A DNA stretch of 55,709 bases, filler included, from Dirinaria sp. TL-2023a (lineage: Eukaryota): the NCBI GenBank assembly GCA_051941275.1. It is 4 parts of 4 records of this genome, joined end to end, with 100 filler letters (N's around TTAATTAATTAA, not from the genome) between each part and the next. Parts side by side here need not be neighbours in the genome. Positions count along the whole stretch, not along the records: positions 13,982 to 27,833 come from JAVEBF010000645.1; positions 27,934 to 41,779 come from JAVEBF010000646.1; 2 more parts are not named here. One strand, 5' to 3'. Position 1 is the stretch's first letter. Each line of letters opens with the position of its first letter. A program made the position numbers and the translations under genes. Positions 24,778 to 34,653 of the stretch are shown piece after piece. Below the pieces are notes generated by a model. That model saw nothing but the letters and a program-made list of their open reading frames with translations. It made no database searches and had not been told where the DNA came from.

Positions 24778-25272
24778 GCTGCAGGGTAAAGAGGAGTTTC
24801 TTAGAGTAGAGAACGTTACTCATGTAATCACGAAATAAATACATTCCTGTTCGACCGTTACGAAGATATTAGGTTTAGATAAGGTCATTGAAGGGGCCAA
24901 GTTCCAATCATCATTCGTAAGGTGTTTTGGTGCTCTGAACACATCCCTTGTGATGCCAGGTACCTGTACCTGTGCCCATTGTCACCAAAGTACTTCTTAA
25001 GACATTTTGATATATGTTGAACCCTGAGCAAACCCTGGCTTAAAAGACCACAACTAAGACGCAATTAGTAATATATTAGGTAAGGATTGAATGGTGCTTC
25101 TCCTTTTCAGACCGGTATGTCAATAATTCGACTATTACCTTAATTCCTACCAAGAGCGCATAATGTATGTAGGAGGAAGGTTTGCAGGGGCGCTTAGTGC
25201 CGACAAATTTGACATCTCTCCTTTCTATACTCCTGTCAGCTCTCAATAGATTGATATCAATGTCGAAAACAT

Positions 25273-26580
25273 ATGAAGACGTCTCGCCTTGCTAAAGACA
25301 CGGCGAAAGTCGCCAAAAATCTATCAGAGGCCGACTATGTGCCGCGTCGCCAGACACGTTCCTTCGCAGCCTCGCTTCAAGCATTCTCCGCCAATGGCAT
25401 TACGGTTCGGGAAGCAGCAAAGACTGAGGTGAAGGAGGAGGATCTCAGCCATGATGAATCGTCTCTATCTTCTCTGTCTTCGGCACCAAGTCTCGACATA
25501 GAAGATTCCGTTCCAACGAACCTGTCTCGCTCTCGAAAGCGCAAGCATGGGCTTGACACTCCCACGACAACAGTGGCCAGCATTTCGGCCACCACTAGTG
25601 TACGGTCCACTCCTCGTAAACCAGTAGCCAACGGTAAAGATGGCAAAATCAAAAAGGCAAAGCGCCAGCCTGCGAAACAATCCATCAATGACGCTGGAGA
25701 AGTCGAGATACATCCACCCGCCAATTGGGCGGAAATATACGATAGCGTCAAAGAAATGCGAAAGACGGCCATAGCACCCGTGGACACCATGGGCTGTGAG
25801 ACTCTAGCGGAAGAGCATTTGACGGCTAGAGTAGATCTTACTTTGAAGCTGCCACATATCCAATTGCTAACATCGGGCCAGGATAAGCGCTTTCAGACAC
25901 TCATCGCTCTTATGCTCTCCTCGCAAACCAAGGATACGACCAATGCCATCGCGATGCGAAAACTGCAGACCGAGCTGCCACATCCAGGTCTGACCTTGGA
26001 AAACATCCTCGCAGTTGACCCTGTCAAGCTGAACGAATTGATATATGTGGTAGGCTTCCACAATAACAAAACGCGCTATATCAAGGCTACTGCGCCTATC
26101 CTGCGCGATCAGTACGGCGGCGATATCCCCTCCACCGTTGAAGGCCTCATGAGTCTCCCTGGCGTTGGGCCCAAGATGGCCTACCTGTGTATGTCAGCTG
26201 CGTGGGGTAAGACTGTAGGCATAGGGGTAGACGTTCACGTGCACAGAATCACGAACCTTTGGGCCTGGCACAAGACCAAGGCGCCAGAGGAGACGCGATT
26301 GATGCTAGAGGCATGGCTGCCAAGGGAAAAGTGGCATGAAATCAATCATCTCTTGGTTGGGTTTGGACAGACCATATGCTTGCCTATAGGAAGGAAGTGC
26401 GGGGAATGCCAGCTCAGCGAAAAGGGACTATGCCCGAGTGCGGTGGTGGACAGACGTAAGAAGATGGTGAAGAAAATAAAGAAGGAGATTGCTGAGGGGG
26501 ATGATGGAGCCGTAGATGAAAAGACAGAGGAGACCACAATCATAAAAGAAGAGAACCAGACAATAGGGGACGAGATTTAA
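25273..26580 (+). CDS. NTH1: Endonuclease III homolog (bifunctional DNA glycosylase/AP lyase)
   Basis: APVDTMGC, LMLSSQTKD, HhH motif LPGVGPKMA, IGVDVHVHR and Fe-S motif C-x6-C-x2-C-x7-C. In-frame 51-nt intron 25831-25881. Confidence 0.95.
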   Translation: MKTSRLAKDTAKVAKNLSEADYVPRRQTRSFAASLQAFSANGITVREAAKTEVKEEDLSHDESSLSSLSSAPSLDIEDSVPTNLSRSRKRKHGLDTPTTTVASISATTSVRSTPRKPVANGKDGKIKKAKRQPAKQSINDAGEVEIHPPANWAEIYDSVKEMRKTAIAPVDTMGCETLAEEHLTARVDLTLKLPHIQLLTSGQDKRFQTLIALMLSSQTKDTTNAIAMRKLQTELPHPGLTLENILAVDPVKLNELIYVVGFHNNKTRYIKATAPILRDQYGGDIPSTVEGLMSLPGVGPKMAYLCMSAAWGKTVGIGVDVHVHRITNLWAWHKTKAPEETRLMLEAWLPREKWHEINHLLVGFGQTICLPIGRKCGECQLSEKGLCPSAVVDRRKKMVKKIKKEIAEGDDGAVDEKTEETTIIKEENQTIGDEI

Positions 26581-27560
26581 CACTATTTCAATATTTTCAA
26601 ATCACCAATCTGTTCAAACTTACACCAAGTAGATCCAGCAACCACGGAGAAAATCCCGATGATTGGGACGACTGACTATCCCAGGTCCTGGTAGGGTGCT
26701 AGTTTTAAGTATACTAGTAGCTTATGACAGAAATGTATTGACAAAATGACGATAGACTACTTCTCCGATAAAGAGCCATCGGTCAATCAACACGATACGA
26801 AGAATGTATAAGTATGGCAAAAATGAACCTAAAGAGCAATCAGGAAGGAGAAAAAGAAATGAAGTAATGCACTCATGGAACTCGCACCCATTTTCGCCAG
26901 AGCACGGGATTAAGTCTCCGCTTGCGCCCCATTGTCATCCACCTCAAGGTTCGATATTCAATCGCCAATATCAAGTCCTCTTCCTGCACCAGTGAATTCC
27001 CCACTTCTACAACATTCGATGCGCCACCCGCTTGTGATATATTCCTAAGGCTTCATCGACCCCTCACCAACACCTCAGAAACAAGCAGAGACCAGGTCTT
27101 CTGCGTTCCTGCAATGTAACCATCCCAAACTACACCTACAAACACCCCTGATCCTCACGCAATGCACTTCTGCAATGTGGAACAGTCTATCAAACGATGA
27201 ACGGCCCAGGCAGGCTTAGGCGGCAAAAATATATATAGCCAGGAAGTATATCATAGTAGCAGGGATTCTGCAGCTGTAAATGCAGACCGCTTATGAAAGG
27301 AGATGAATACCATTTCTCACTGCCGTTCATGGTTGATCCAAGGTATACTAATTGCAAGGAAACAGGTAAGGTAGGCCGCTTGCATGCTCCGGAGCCATCC
27401 CTCATAGTCGATCTTTAAGCGCGTGTATTAGAATCTGGTCGTGGGTCGTCTCTCTCTCATGGAATTCATGATCGATGAATTTGTGCTTAGTGGTATTTAT
27501 GCTGCGTTTACATGACTGCGTTTGTTGTGCTTTACATTTCGTATTTTGAGGATATGTGCA

Positions 27561-27791
27561 TCAAATAGGGTACTTATCTCCCCCCACCCTCCCTTCAATA
27601 TCATTCCTACGACTTATCATAAGCTCCCAAGGCAGTCTCTGCCTCTCTACCTCTACCTCAAGCCAAGTCTCCATCTTTTGTTCCGTCTTTAGCAAAAATC
27701 CCCCCTCCAAAACTTCAAAGAGTAAGTAAGTATCCAATGCAAATGAAAATGCTACATCCATCGCCTTTCCTCGAATGCCATAAAACCCAGC
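27561..27791 (-). CDS. Probable last exon of a gene truncated by the contig end (unknown product)
   Basis: CTACAG acceptor followed by a 77-codon open frame AGFYGIRGKAMDVAFS...GDKYPI*. Confidence 0.4.
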   Translation of the reverse strand, partial: AGFYGIRGKAMDVAFSFALDTYLLFEVLEGGFLLKTEQKMETWLEVEVERQRLPWELMISRRNDIEGRVGGDKYPI

Positions 27792-27833
27792 CTGTAGCCA
27801 TTCCCCCCTCCCCCCACAAAAAAAGTCATCAAC

Positions 27834-27933
27834 NNNNNNNNNNNNNNNNNNNNNNNNNNNNNNNNNNNNNNNNNNNNTTAATTAATTAANNNNNNNNNNN
27901 NNNNNNNNNNNNNNNNNNNNNNNNNNNNNNNNN
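27834..27933. other. Artificial contig spacer N44-TTAATTAATTAA-N44
   Basis: Same 100-nt linker. Confidence 0.98.
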
Positions 27934-28610
27934 ATGATATTTAGAATGCAAATAGCATTAGCTGATATGCGCAGCACAAAGTGACATTCAAACGCTTCGC
28001 TCCAACTAAGCTAGGCACTAGAAAGGGTGTGGAATGACTGATTAGTTGTGAAGTTGCTTAATAGAGATGTTAAAGAGCTCGGGACAAGCACGGCTCTATA
28101 GCGGGCTTGAATGTTTTTCTGGGAGGTTAATTAAGGGCGGGTAATACTGGGATGAAGTTAGGTTTTTCTTTAACTTTATAGATATCGCTTCGCTTTGTTT
28201 GTAATACATTCAGCAGATCGAATGTGGAGAGTGAAATGGAGGAGGGGAAAGGAGGTTGTTAAGGATGTATCATTGTGACATTGTCTTCGAGGAAGGAGAG
28301 TCAAGGACAAGGGGTTAGGAAGTTGTGATAGCGGAAGAGAGATATGAAGATAGCGACGATCTTTTTTCTTTTAAGGAAAGAGGCTTTTCAGATGATGTTG
28401 CTTGAATTTTTTTTTTTTTTTTTTTTTTTTAAAGAAAAGAAAAATGTAGATGTACTCGCTCGACGAACCTGAGAAGCAAAGCTGGTGCATGTTTTCCCCT
28501 ACTCTATTATATCTATTATCTGCATACATTTAACTCATCGAGCATAGAATCAAATCGGCAACACACGCCCACACTCGCTTTCTATCAGCCTTCCGAACAC
28601 CCAGTTCGTA

Positions 28611-29462
28611 TTAATCTTTGAGTATTTTTCGGGCCATAACCATACTGTCCCTGCCAAAATCCTTTTCGATCTTGAGCCAAAGGTCTTTGGGATCCAGCTC
28701 GAGATTATCTTGGCGCTCCTTTTTCACCGCGAGCAAGACATCCCGCAATAGCGGCATGGGACGATCTTCGGCCGCTGGCTGTGGCGGATTGGTCTTTCGT
28801 AAAGAATTCTGCTCCACAGGATTATCAAAGATTTTATCGATCCCGGTCGCTTTTTGCGGGATGCTCTCGGAAACCGGCGGCCGGTCTACCGATTGTAGGA
28901 CGCTCTTGGAGATCCCGCGGGCTTTTTGTATGAAGGTTTTGGGAAGGTTTCTCCAGTCCACCGCAGATTGTCGGACTCTTAGGACCAGAGGGCCGAAGTT
29001 CTGTTCCGCTGATTGTGAGAACATGAGGAGCAGGTAGGCACCTACCCACACCGAAGCGACATAGATAACGCCGACGAGGAGTAGCAGACTCGGCTTTATC
29101 GACAAAACCGAGTGTACGAATTTCAATTTCGATCTTGTGCTGATCGTGCGATACCATTCGTAGAGTTTCCAATGTGCCCAACAAAGGGCGCGTTCGCTGT
29201 CACGCACACGCGGCATTGGTTTGTATGAACCACTTAAACTCGAGATGATTGCCGCCAGCTCTATTTCCGCCAGATCTAGGCACACCGCGTGTACCATCGC
29301 TGCTGGAATCTCAAGAATCTCTACCAGGCTGAGCAAGCAGGCAGTGGTGTATCGTAAAGCGGTGTTGATGGCAAATACGGCGAATGCCACGCTTATCACT
29401 GCCATCAAATTCAGCCATATGTTCTTGGATATAGCAGTTTCTGTTCGTGGTTGGAATGGCAT
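28611..29462 (-). CDS. Unrecognised membrane protein, tandem family member A (283 aa)
   Basis: ATG at 29462 with TATAAAA about 110 bp upstream. Hydrophobic segments. AYLL...RQSAVDW...QKARGI matches member B (VYLL...RQTADW...RKAKQI). Internal repeat QS.VD...QKA.GI.K. Confidence 0.7.
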   Translation of the reverse strand: MPFQPRTETAISKNIWLNLMAVISVAFAVFAINTALRYTTACLLSLVEILEIPAAMVHAVCLDLAEIELAAIISSLSGSYKPMPRVRDSERALCWAHWKLYEWYRTISTRSKLKFVHSVLSIKPSLLLLVGVIYVASVWVGAYLLLMFSQSAEQNFGPLVLRVRQSAVDWRNLPKTFIQKARGISKSVLQSVDRPPVSESIPQKATGIDKIFDNPVEQNSLRKTNPPQPAAEDRPMPLLRDVLLAVKKERQDNLELDPKDLWLKIEKDFGRDSMVMARKILKD

Positions 29463-29612
29463 TGTCGCTGTGTGGTTCTGAGAAATTCTGAATACGTGAC
29501 GTGTGGCGGTCTTCGATTGTGTGATAATTGGAAACCAGACTGTTGAAGGCAATGAGTGGGAGAATGACTTTCTTTTATAGGCGTAGATATATAGTGATGA
29601 ACTTTGAAAACT

Positions 29613-29754
29613 GAACAATAACGAGATTGTTCGTTCAACAAGCAGGGGGTACAAACCACTGATCTCACATGAACAAGTGCATTGAGTATATCATGTTTTT
29701 CGTTGGTCTTGCGAAAACAAATCATCGATCTCAACACAAACAGGTTCATTGAGT
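29613..29754. promoter_or_regulatory. Upstream cassette A: palindrome plus two GAACAA-N4-ATTGAGT-like boxes
   Basis: GAACAAT-aacgag-ATTGTTC (29613-29632), GAACAAGTGCATTGAGT (29671-29687), AAACAGGTTCATTGAGT (29738-29754). Confidence 0.7.
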
Positions 29755-30790
29755 GTTCCATGTTTCCTTGCACTGTCCATTCCAAATCTTGAAACCAACC
29801 GAAGTTTGTAACAGCTGAGGAAAGCAAATCTGGCTATGGGCGTAATTCAGATACACATATTTTGGCCTACATGCTTGCCATACTGGCAATCATGATGAGG
29901 AAAAAAATACTAGGAAGATGACTGAAACGCAAACACGAGCAATTTCCAACATCGATGGGATGGAGATGATGAGGTTTAGAAAGAAAGAGGGGTGAGATTG
30001 TTTAGTATATATCGCTTGTGTTCATGCAAGCAGCAACGAAATAGTTCATCGATCGGTATTGATGCTATGTAAGTACCTAAGGAAGGAAAGAAAACAAGCT
30101 TGGTGAAAGGAGATTTGTTTGCGCGTGATTAGTAGGGAGACCAGACTTAATAAGGCTAGCGCCAGAACGCAGTTGTCCGGTCTTTAAAACACCAACAGCT
30201 TGATTTGCTTGAAAAGCCAGACGTAGATTGCCACGCATAGATTCATACTTATTCCAGATATTGATCCCTAAATACCCCAAATTTCAGCGTTGCCTATTGA
30301 TTTTATACTCGTGCATAGGATATACATTGGAGTAGTTATCAGTGTAGTGTATTCACTTGATCTAGCTGGGTTTGATGAATCTGGAATCAAAATTTGGATT
30401 CCTCTTAAAGAAGTATCGGACGAATATGCTGATGATTTGAAAGACGAATAATAATTTGAACACACATTAATACGGGCTAGATGCGATGAGAACATTTCAG
30501 AAGAACATACAAGTAACGCATCAAAAACCGCATTTCTTTTGATATCTCGAGTTGTTTTCTCTCAAGAGTAAGTCACTTTTAATGATAGCACAACAGAGAA
30601 AAAGAAGTGCGAGGGAAAGGGTCAAAAATTCAGAAAAACTGAAACCTTTCAATTATTATATTGCTAGTCGGTAAGAATTAGGCGAAGAATTGAAAAAAGT
30701 GTTGCATGCATTTAAGCACCTCCTTTTGTCCACAGACTTTCCCCAATCTTTCGCATCTGCCGGTACGGATCTCCGATCAATTGCTCCCTT

Positions 30791-31480
30791 TCAGTCAGTC
30801 TTCTGTTTAATCATCACTATCGGAGCCTCGCCGTCAAACATCTGAATCTGTACCTCATCGACCTCGGGCAAGAAGACCTCGAGCTTCGCTTCAACTATTC
30901 CGTTGTACTTGAACTTCAGTGTGTGTGTCTCGCGCAAGAAAACACCCTTCCCATACTTCTTCAAGTTCCGACAGATCTGTTTCGCTTTTCGTAAGACGGT
31001 TGCGAACCTTTTTGCCCAGTCCGCGGTTTGTCGACATATCCTATCCAGGCGAACGAAGACCTCCGCCAGGAGGTAAACGGCGAATACGCAGATGGTCACC
31101 GAACGAGTACCAACGTTCAAGACCACGGGCCAGGTCAAGGAGTCAAGGAACCGCTGAACCACGTAACCGAAAGCTCCCGCCAAGGAGCACTTGACGATTA
31201 AGAAACCAATTACCCAAATATCACCTTCCAGAACTAAGGGCCAGTCCATGGATTGTAGAAAAGTCTTGACCAGGCAACCAAAGAGCCATATAAAGGAAGA
31301 AGTGCCGAGCGCGAAAGTGGTGTCCACAATATGGAATACGACCTTCTCGCCCATGTATTTATAGATCGGTAGCAAATTTGTGACCTCAACTGCGCACAAT
31401 AAAGCGAACCCAACGACATACGTTGTAAGTATCACTCTTGTTGATGTCGTAAAGAACGGGCTAAGTTTTTTAGATAGCAT
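30791..31480 (-). CDS. Unrecognised multi-pass membrane protein, tandem family member B (229 aa)
   Basis: About four hydrophobic segments. Internal repeat FLQSMDWPLVL / FLDSLTWPVVL. N-terminal half aligns with member C. Confidence 0.72.
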   Translation of the reverse strand: MLSKKLSPFFTTSTRVILTTYVVGFALLCAVEVTNLLPIYKYMGEKVVFHIVDTTFALGTSSFIWLFGCLVKTFLQSMDWPLVLEGDIWVIGFLIVKCSLAGAFGYVVQRFLDSLTWPVVLNVGTRSVTICVFAVYLLAEVFVRLDRICRQTADWAKRFATVLRKAKQICRNLKKYGKGVFLRETHTLKFKYNGIVEAKLEVFLPEVDEVQIQMFDGEAPIVMIKQKTD

Positions 31481-31660
31481 TATTGCGCGTTCGAGTATAG
31501 ATTGCCGTGTTGCTTTAGAGTTCTTTAAACACTGGAAAATCGAAGTGGCTGAAGTTTTGAGATGTGGACGATGCCTGAAGCTAGAGACATGAGAGCAAGA
31601 AGAGCGAAGTCGACTGTCTTAAATATTCGCAGATGAGTAACAAAGACTTACGAGATTTTG

Positions 31661-31873
31661 ACACAACAGTGACATTGTTCGCTCAAATGAGCAGAGAGAA
31701 CAACAAGAGTCTTACATGAACAAACAACAGTGACATCGTTCGCTCAAAATGATAGAGAGATCAATAAGAGTTTTACATGAACAAGTGTATTGAGTGATTC
31801 ACTGTTTTTCTCATTTCTCGTCCAATATGACAGAAGAACAAAAGTAAATCCATCATGAACAAGTGCTTTGAGT
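31661..31873. promoter_or_regulatory. Upstream cassette B: palindrome doubled by an approximately 61-bp tandem repeat, plus two boxes
   Basis: ACACAAC-agtgac-ATTGTTC (31661), AAACAAC-agtgac-ATCGTTC (31722), GAACAAGTGTATTGAGT (31779), GAACAAGTGCTTTGAGT (31857). Confidence 0.7.
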
Positions 31874-32008
31874 ATCTCTATCACAGTGTATACATGAAGA
31901 TAACGATGCAAGCAGTATCTAGAAGCAGTGGATGGTGGGAACTTGCATAATTGATTGGCTATTAGAAGGAGTATCAATCTTGCTTAGAGAAAATCATCCT
32001 TTCTGTGG

Positions 32009-32497
32009 CTATGCACTAAAATCCCTATTAGACTCTGCCGGAATCAAATAGGAAAAAATCAACCCTACCACGTGAAAACAATAGGCGATCACCCAACCAT
32101 CAAGTTCGAAATTCGAGGGGCAGTCCACGGATTGTAGATGCATCTTGACCAGTATCTTGACCAGGCAAACAAGGACCCATGCGTGGATTAAAGTGGCAAG
32201 CATGTAGGTGATCGACCAAAATTTGAAGGCAAATTTCGCGTGCATAGATTTCAATGTCGGCGTCATCTTCTCGAGCATGTTTTGATTGCACTCCAAAAAG
32301 AGCACGCAATCAGATGCCCACAACAAAGCGACTCCAGTGACATACGCCGTGAATACCACGTTTGGCGATGTTGTAAAAATTGAGCCAAATCCTTCCAGTG
32401 CCATAATTGCGTTTTCGAGTATGGGTGCCTTTAACTGCGAGCACGTTTCTTTCGACATTGCTAGTGCGACTCCGAGCGCGGGTATTGTTGTATCCAT
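32009..32497 (-). CDS. Unrecognised membrane protein, tandem family member C (shorter; alternative ATG at 32404 is homologous to the ATG of B)
   Basis: IFTTSPNVVFTAYVTGVALLWA matches B FFTTSTRVILTTYVVGFALLCA. CLVK...LQSVDCP...WVI matches B CLVKTFLQSMDWP...WVI. Confidence 0.65.
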   Translation of the reverse strand: MDTTIPALGVALAMSKETCSQLKAPILENAIMALEGFGSIFTTSPNVVFTAYVTGVALLWASDCVLFLECNQNMLEKMTPTLKSMHAKFAFKFWSITYMLATLIHAWVLVCLVKILVKMHLQSVDCPSNFELDGWVIAYCFHVVGLIFSYLIPAESNRDFSA

Positions 32498-32670
32498 TTG
32501 TCTCGAGTATGGAATTCGTATCTCTGTAGAGCTCTTCAAGTATGAGAAATCGAAGGGGCTTCAGTTTGAAATGTGTACGATGGCCGAAAGCTAGACAATT
32601 TAGAGCAAGAAGAGCGAATTTGACTGTCTTTAATTTTCGCAGCTGGGTAACAAAGACTTACGAGATTTGT

Positions 32671-32907
32671 GAACAACAGTGACATTGTTCGCTCAAAATG
32701 TTGGCGATATCGATAATGGTTTTACATGAACAAGTGTATTGAGTGGCCCATTTTGTTTTTTTCTTGCATTTCTCGTCCAATATGACAGAAGGGCAAATGC
32801 AGGTCTCACGCGAACAAGTCTATTGAATATCCTACTTTTCCTCGTATTGTTCGTCTGACGCAACAGGAAACTCGAGTGTATGTCTCACACGAACAAGGTT
32901 ATTGAGT
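32671..32907. promoter_or_regulatory. Upstream cassette C, between member C and divergent gene D: palindrome plus three boxes
   Basis: GAACAAC-agtgac-ATTGTTC (32671), GAACAAGTGTATTGAGT (32728), GAACAAGTCTATTGAAT (32812), GAACAAGGTTATTGAGT (32891). Confidence 0.7.
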
Positions 32908-33130
32908 ACTCATTTTCCCTTTGTCTTGGCCCCTTAAGTCTGTTTCTTTCCTTATCTGTCTCGTCTTCTAACCAAGCTCGGCAGTGTTTCTTGCTCTGGA
33001 AGCACACTCTGAAAAACGTATCTTGGTGCTGCCGATTATTCACCATTTAGCCGGATTTTCATCACTCAGTTTCTCTAGAAACCTATCCATACTCGGCTCC
33101 TCATCCTGGCATTGTGTTTCTTCCAGCATC

Positions 33131-33439
33131 ATGCCTCCTCCCATCAGACTCTCACATGGTCGCTTGTACGGAGTGGAGAACAGCGCTAGCCGGTGGAATC
33201 AGCTTGTGGTTATCGGTATCTTTATCCTTCTTATTCTTTCTGTCATGAATGCGATGTATATAGAGTATACTCAGGGCCGAGCCCATGGCCAGCAGGACTG
33301 GTTCAGAGCTGCGCCACTGATCCGAGAGGAGTACCATGACAGCGATGATAACTCGGCACACACCCGCAGAATGGCACGCGATGAAGACTATCATGCCGAC
33401 GATGAAGGCGGGAGCAGCCTTCTAAGTTTTTGGTCGTAA
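33131..33439 (+). CDS. Small single-pass membrane protein D (102 aa), unrecognised
   Basis: ATG in CATCATG context, TM segment LVVIGIFILLILSVMNAMYI, acidic repeat REEYHDSDD / RDEDYHADDE. Confidence 0.55.
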   Translation: MPPPIRLSHGRLYGVENSASRWNQLVVIGIFILLILSVMNAMYIEYTQGRAHGQQDWFRAAPLIREEYHDSDDNSAHTRRMARDEDYHADDEGGSSLLSFWS

Positions 33440-34653
33440 CCAGCGTTTGGTAGGGAAAAGGAGCTGAAGTCCTTCGAAAAGTCTGATTTAGATGGACCGA
33501 CAAAATTAATAGTAATAATAGTATAACCGCGATGTTCATGATTGCAAGCAACAGATTCTGCTACTATCGAATAGATGCTAAACGTTGTTTTGTGCACTAT
33601 ATGATAATGAAATATTTGCTGTTACATTAGATCGCTCTTGCAGACTCTTATCAGAGAATTTTCTTGACCACACTTCTCGGCCGACTTCGAAAATTTGGCT
33701 GGCCAACTCGAAAGGGGTACAACGAGGAAAAAATTTTGATTGACCTACGTAGTTCAGCCCGAATCTGTCTGGTGTTTAGCTCAAATATGGCCCCCAAGTC
33801 CTGGTTCAGACCCTGCGGATTCTCCCTTCTCTCAGTATACGGCATTTGCTCTCACCGGCCCAACATCTTCTTTTTTGGGGGTCATGTAGGATCCAGTTTG
33901 CGGAATTCTGTAAGTTTCAGTATCGGATTTATCACTCGGCTCGCGAACAGCAGCCTCTCGTTTTGGTAAAAATTTGGTGAAAATATGTTGAAATATGGCG
34001 TCAAAATCAATATTTCTCAAGGAGCGCACTGTCCCGCCTTCCATGCTGTCGCATGTTGTAATAAGGAGAGTTTAGTTTGCAGGCTCACTGAGCGTGTAAA
34101 GGTGGGTCTGTAGTGGACTTCACTCATCTCTATCACTGCCGTTCTTGGAACTATTTTTGTGCTCCTTTATCCCTCGGTAAAAGTTCCGCCAACCCCTGGA
34201 ATGAGAACGCTTGTGGTGCATAAGATATGTACGCCAAAGTAATTTGTCATGAATCCTATTGGGTACCTGTTGGCTCGCACATGCATAGAAAGCGATAGTT
34301 GCTGCCCTCGAGCCTATATTGGGCTGGTGGTAAGCTTACGTGGGTGCAAGGTGACGCATTGGTTGCACCGCGTGGACTGACTGATCGCCAGTGCTCGGTA
34401 CGTGTGTAGATGGAAACAGGAGTTTGAGATCGCAGTATGCCGACCATATGCATTGTAAGTTCCCAAAGTTCAGCAGCACTAAGCACGAACTATGTTGGTG
34501 GTTTTGCAGATACAAACTATACTTGTTGTACCAAAAACGAAAATCCTTCGCTCATAGTTGGTGCTTAAGAATGGTACAGGCTATCTTTTAGTCTCAACAT
34601 TTGTGAAGCAAGCAGCGATAGTCTTGTGTGAGCTCGCTATTGCCATCGCAGAC

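Larger units (their letters stand above)
31225..32830. repeat. Tandem duplication (about 31225-31880 versus about 32115-32830) covering the 5' coding and upstream DNA of members B and C
   Basis: Shared blocks such as AGAGCAAGAAGAGCGAA, GTAACAAAGACTTACGAGATTT, ACAACAGTGACATTGTTCGCTCAAA, TTTTACATGAACAAGTGTATTGAGTG and CATTTCTCGTCCAATATGACAGAAG. Confidence 0.9.

Noticed and set aside
25831..25881. 17-aa insertion in NTH1 in the ORF track
   Set aside because: It is an in-frame, stop-free intron (GTAGAT...GCTAAC...CAG).
576..26580. Apparent DNA replication/repair cluster (FEN1, PRI2, NTH1)
   Set aside because: FEN1 is on a different contig across an artificial spacer. PRI2 and NTH1 are ordinary housekeeping neighbours.
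30060..30495. AT-rich, stop-riddled frames between members A and B
   Set aside because: May be a decayed gene, but there is no similarity to the TM family or its cassette and no frame is convincingly coding.
29613..32907. CRISPR-like look of the spaced GAACAAGTGTATTGAGT repeats
   Set aside because: Eukaryotic context, no cas genes, degenerate repeats in groups of 2-3, and intervening sequences that are homologous between cassettes B and C rather than unique spacers.
33651..34044. Short minus-strand ORFs (70 aa and 64 aa) downstream of gene D
   Set aside because: Short, no motifs, and no cassette seen upstream, so unsupported without expression data.
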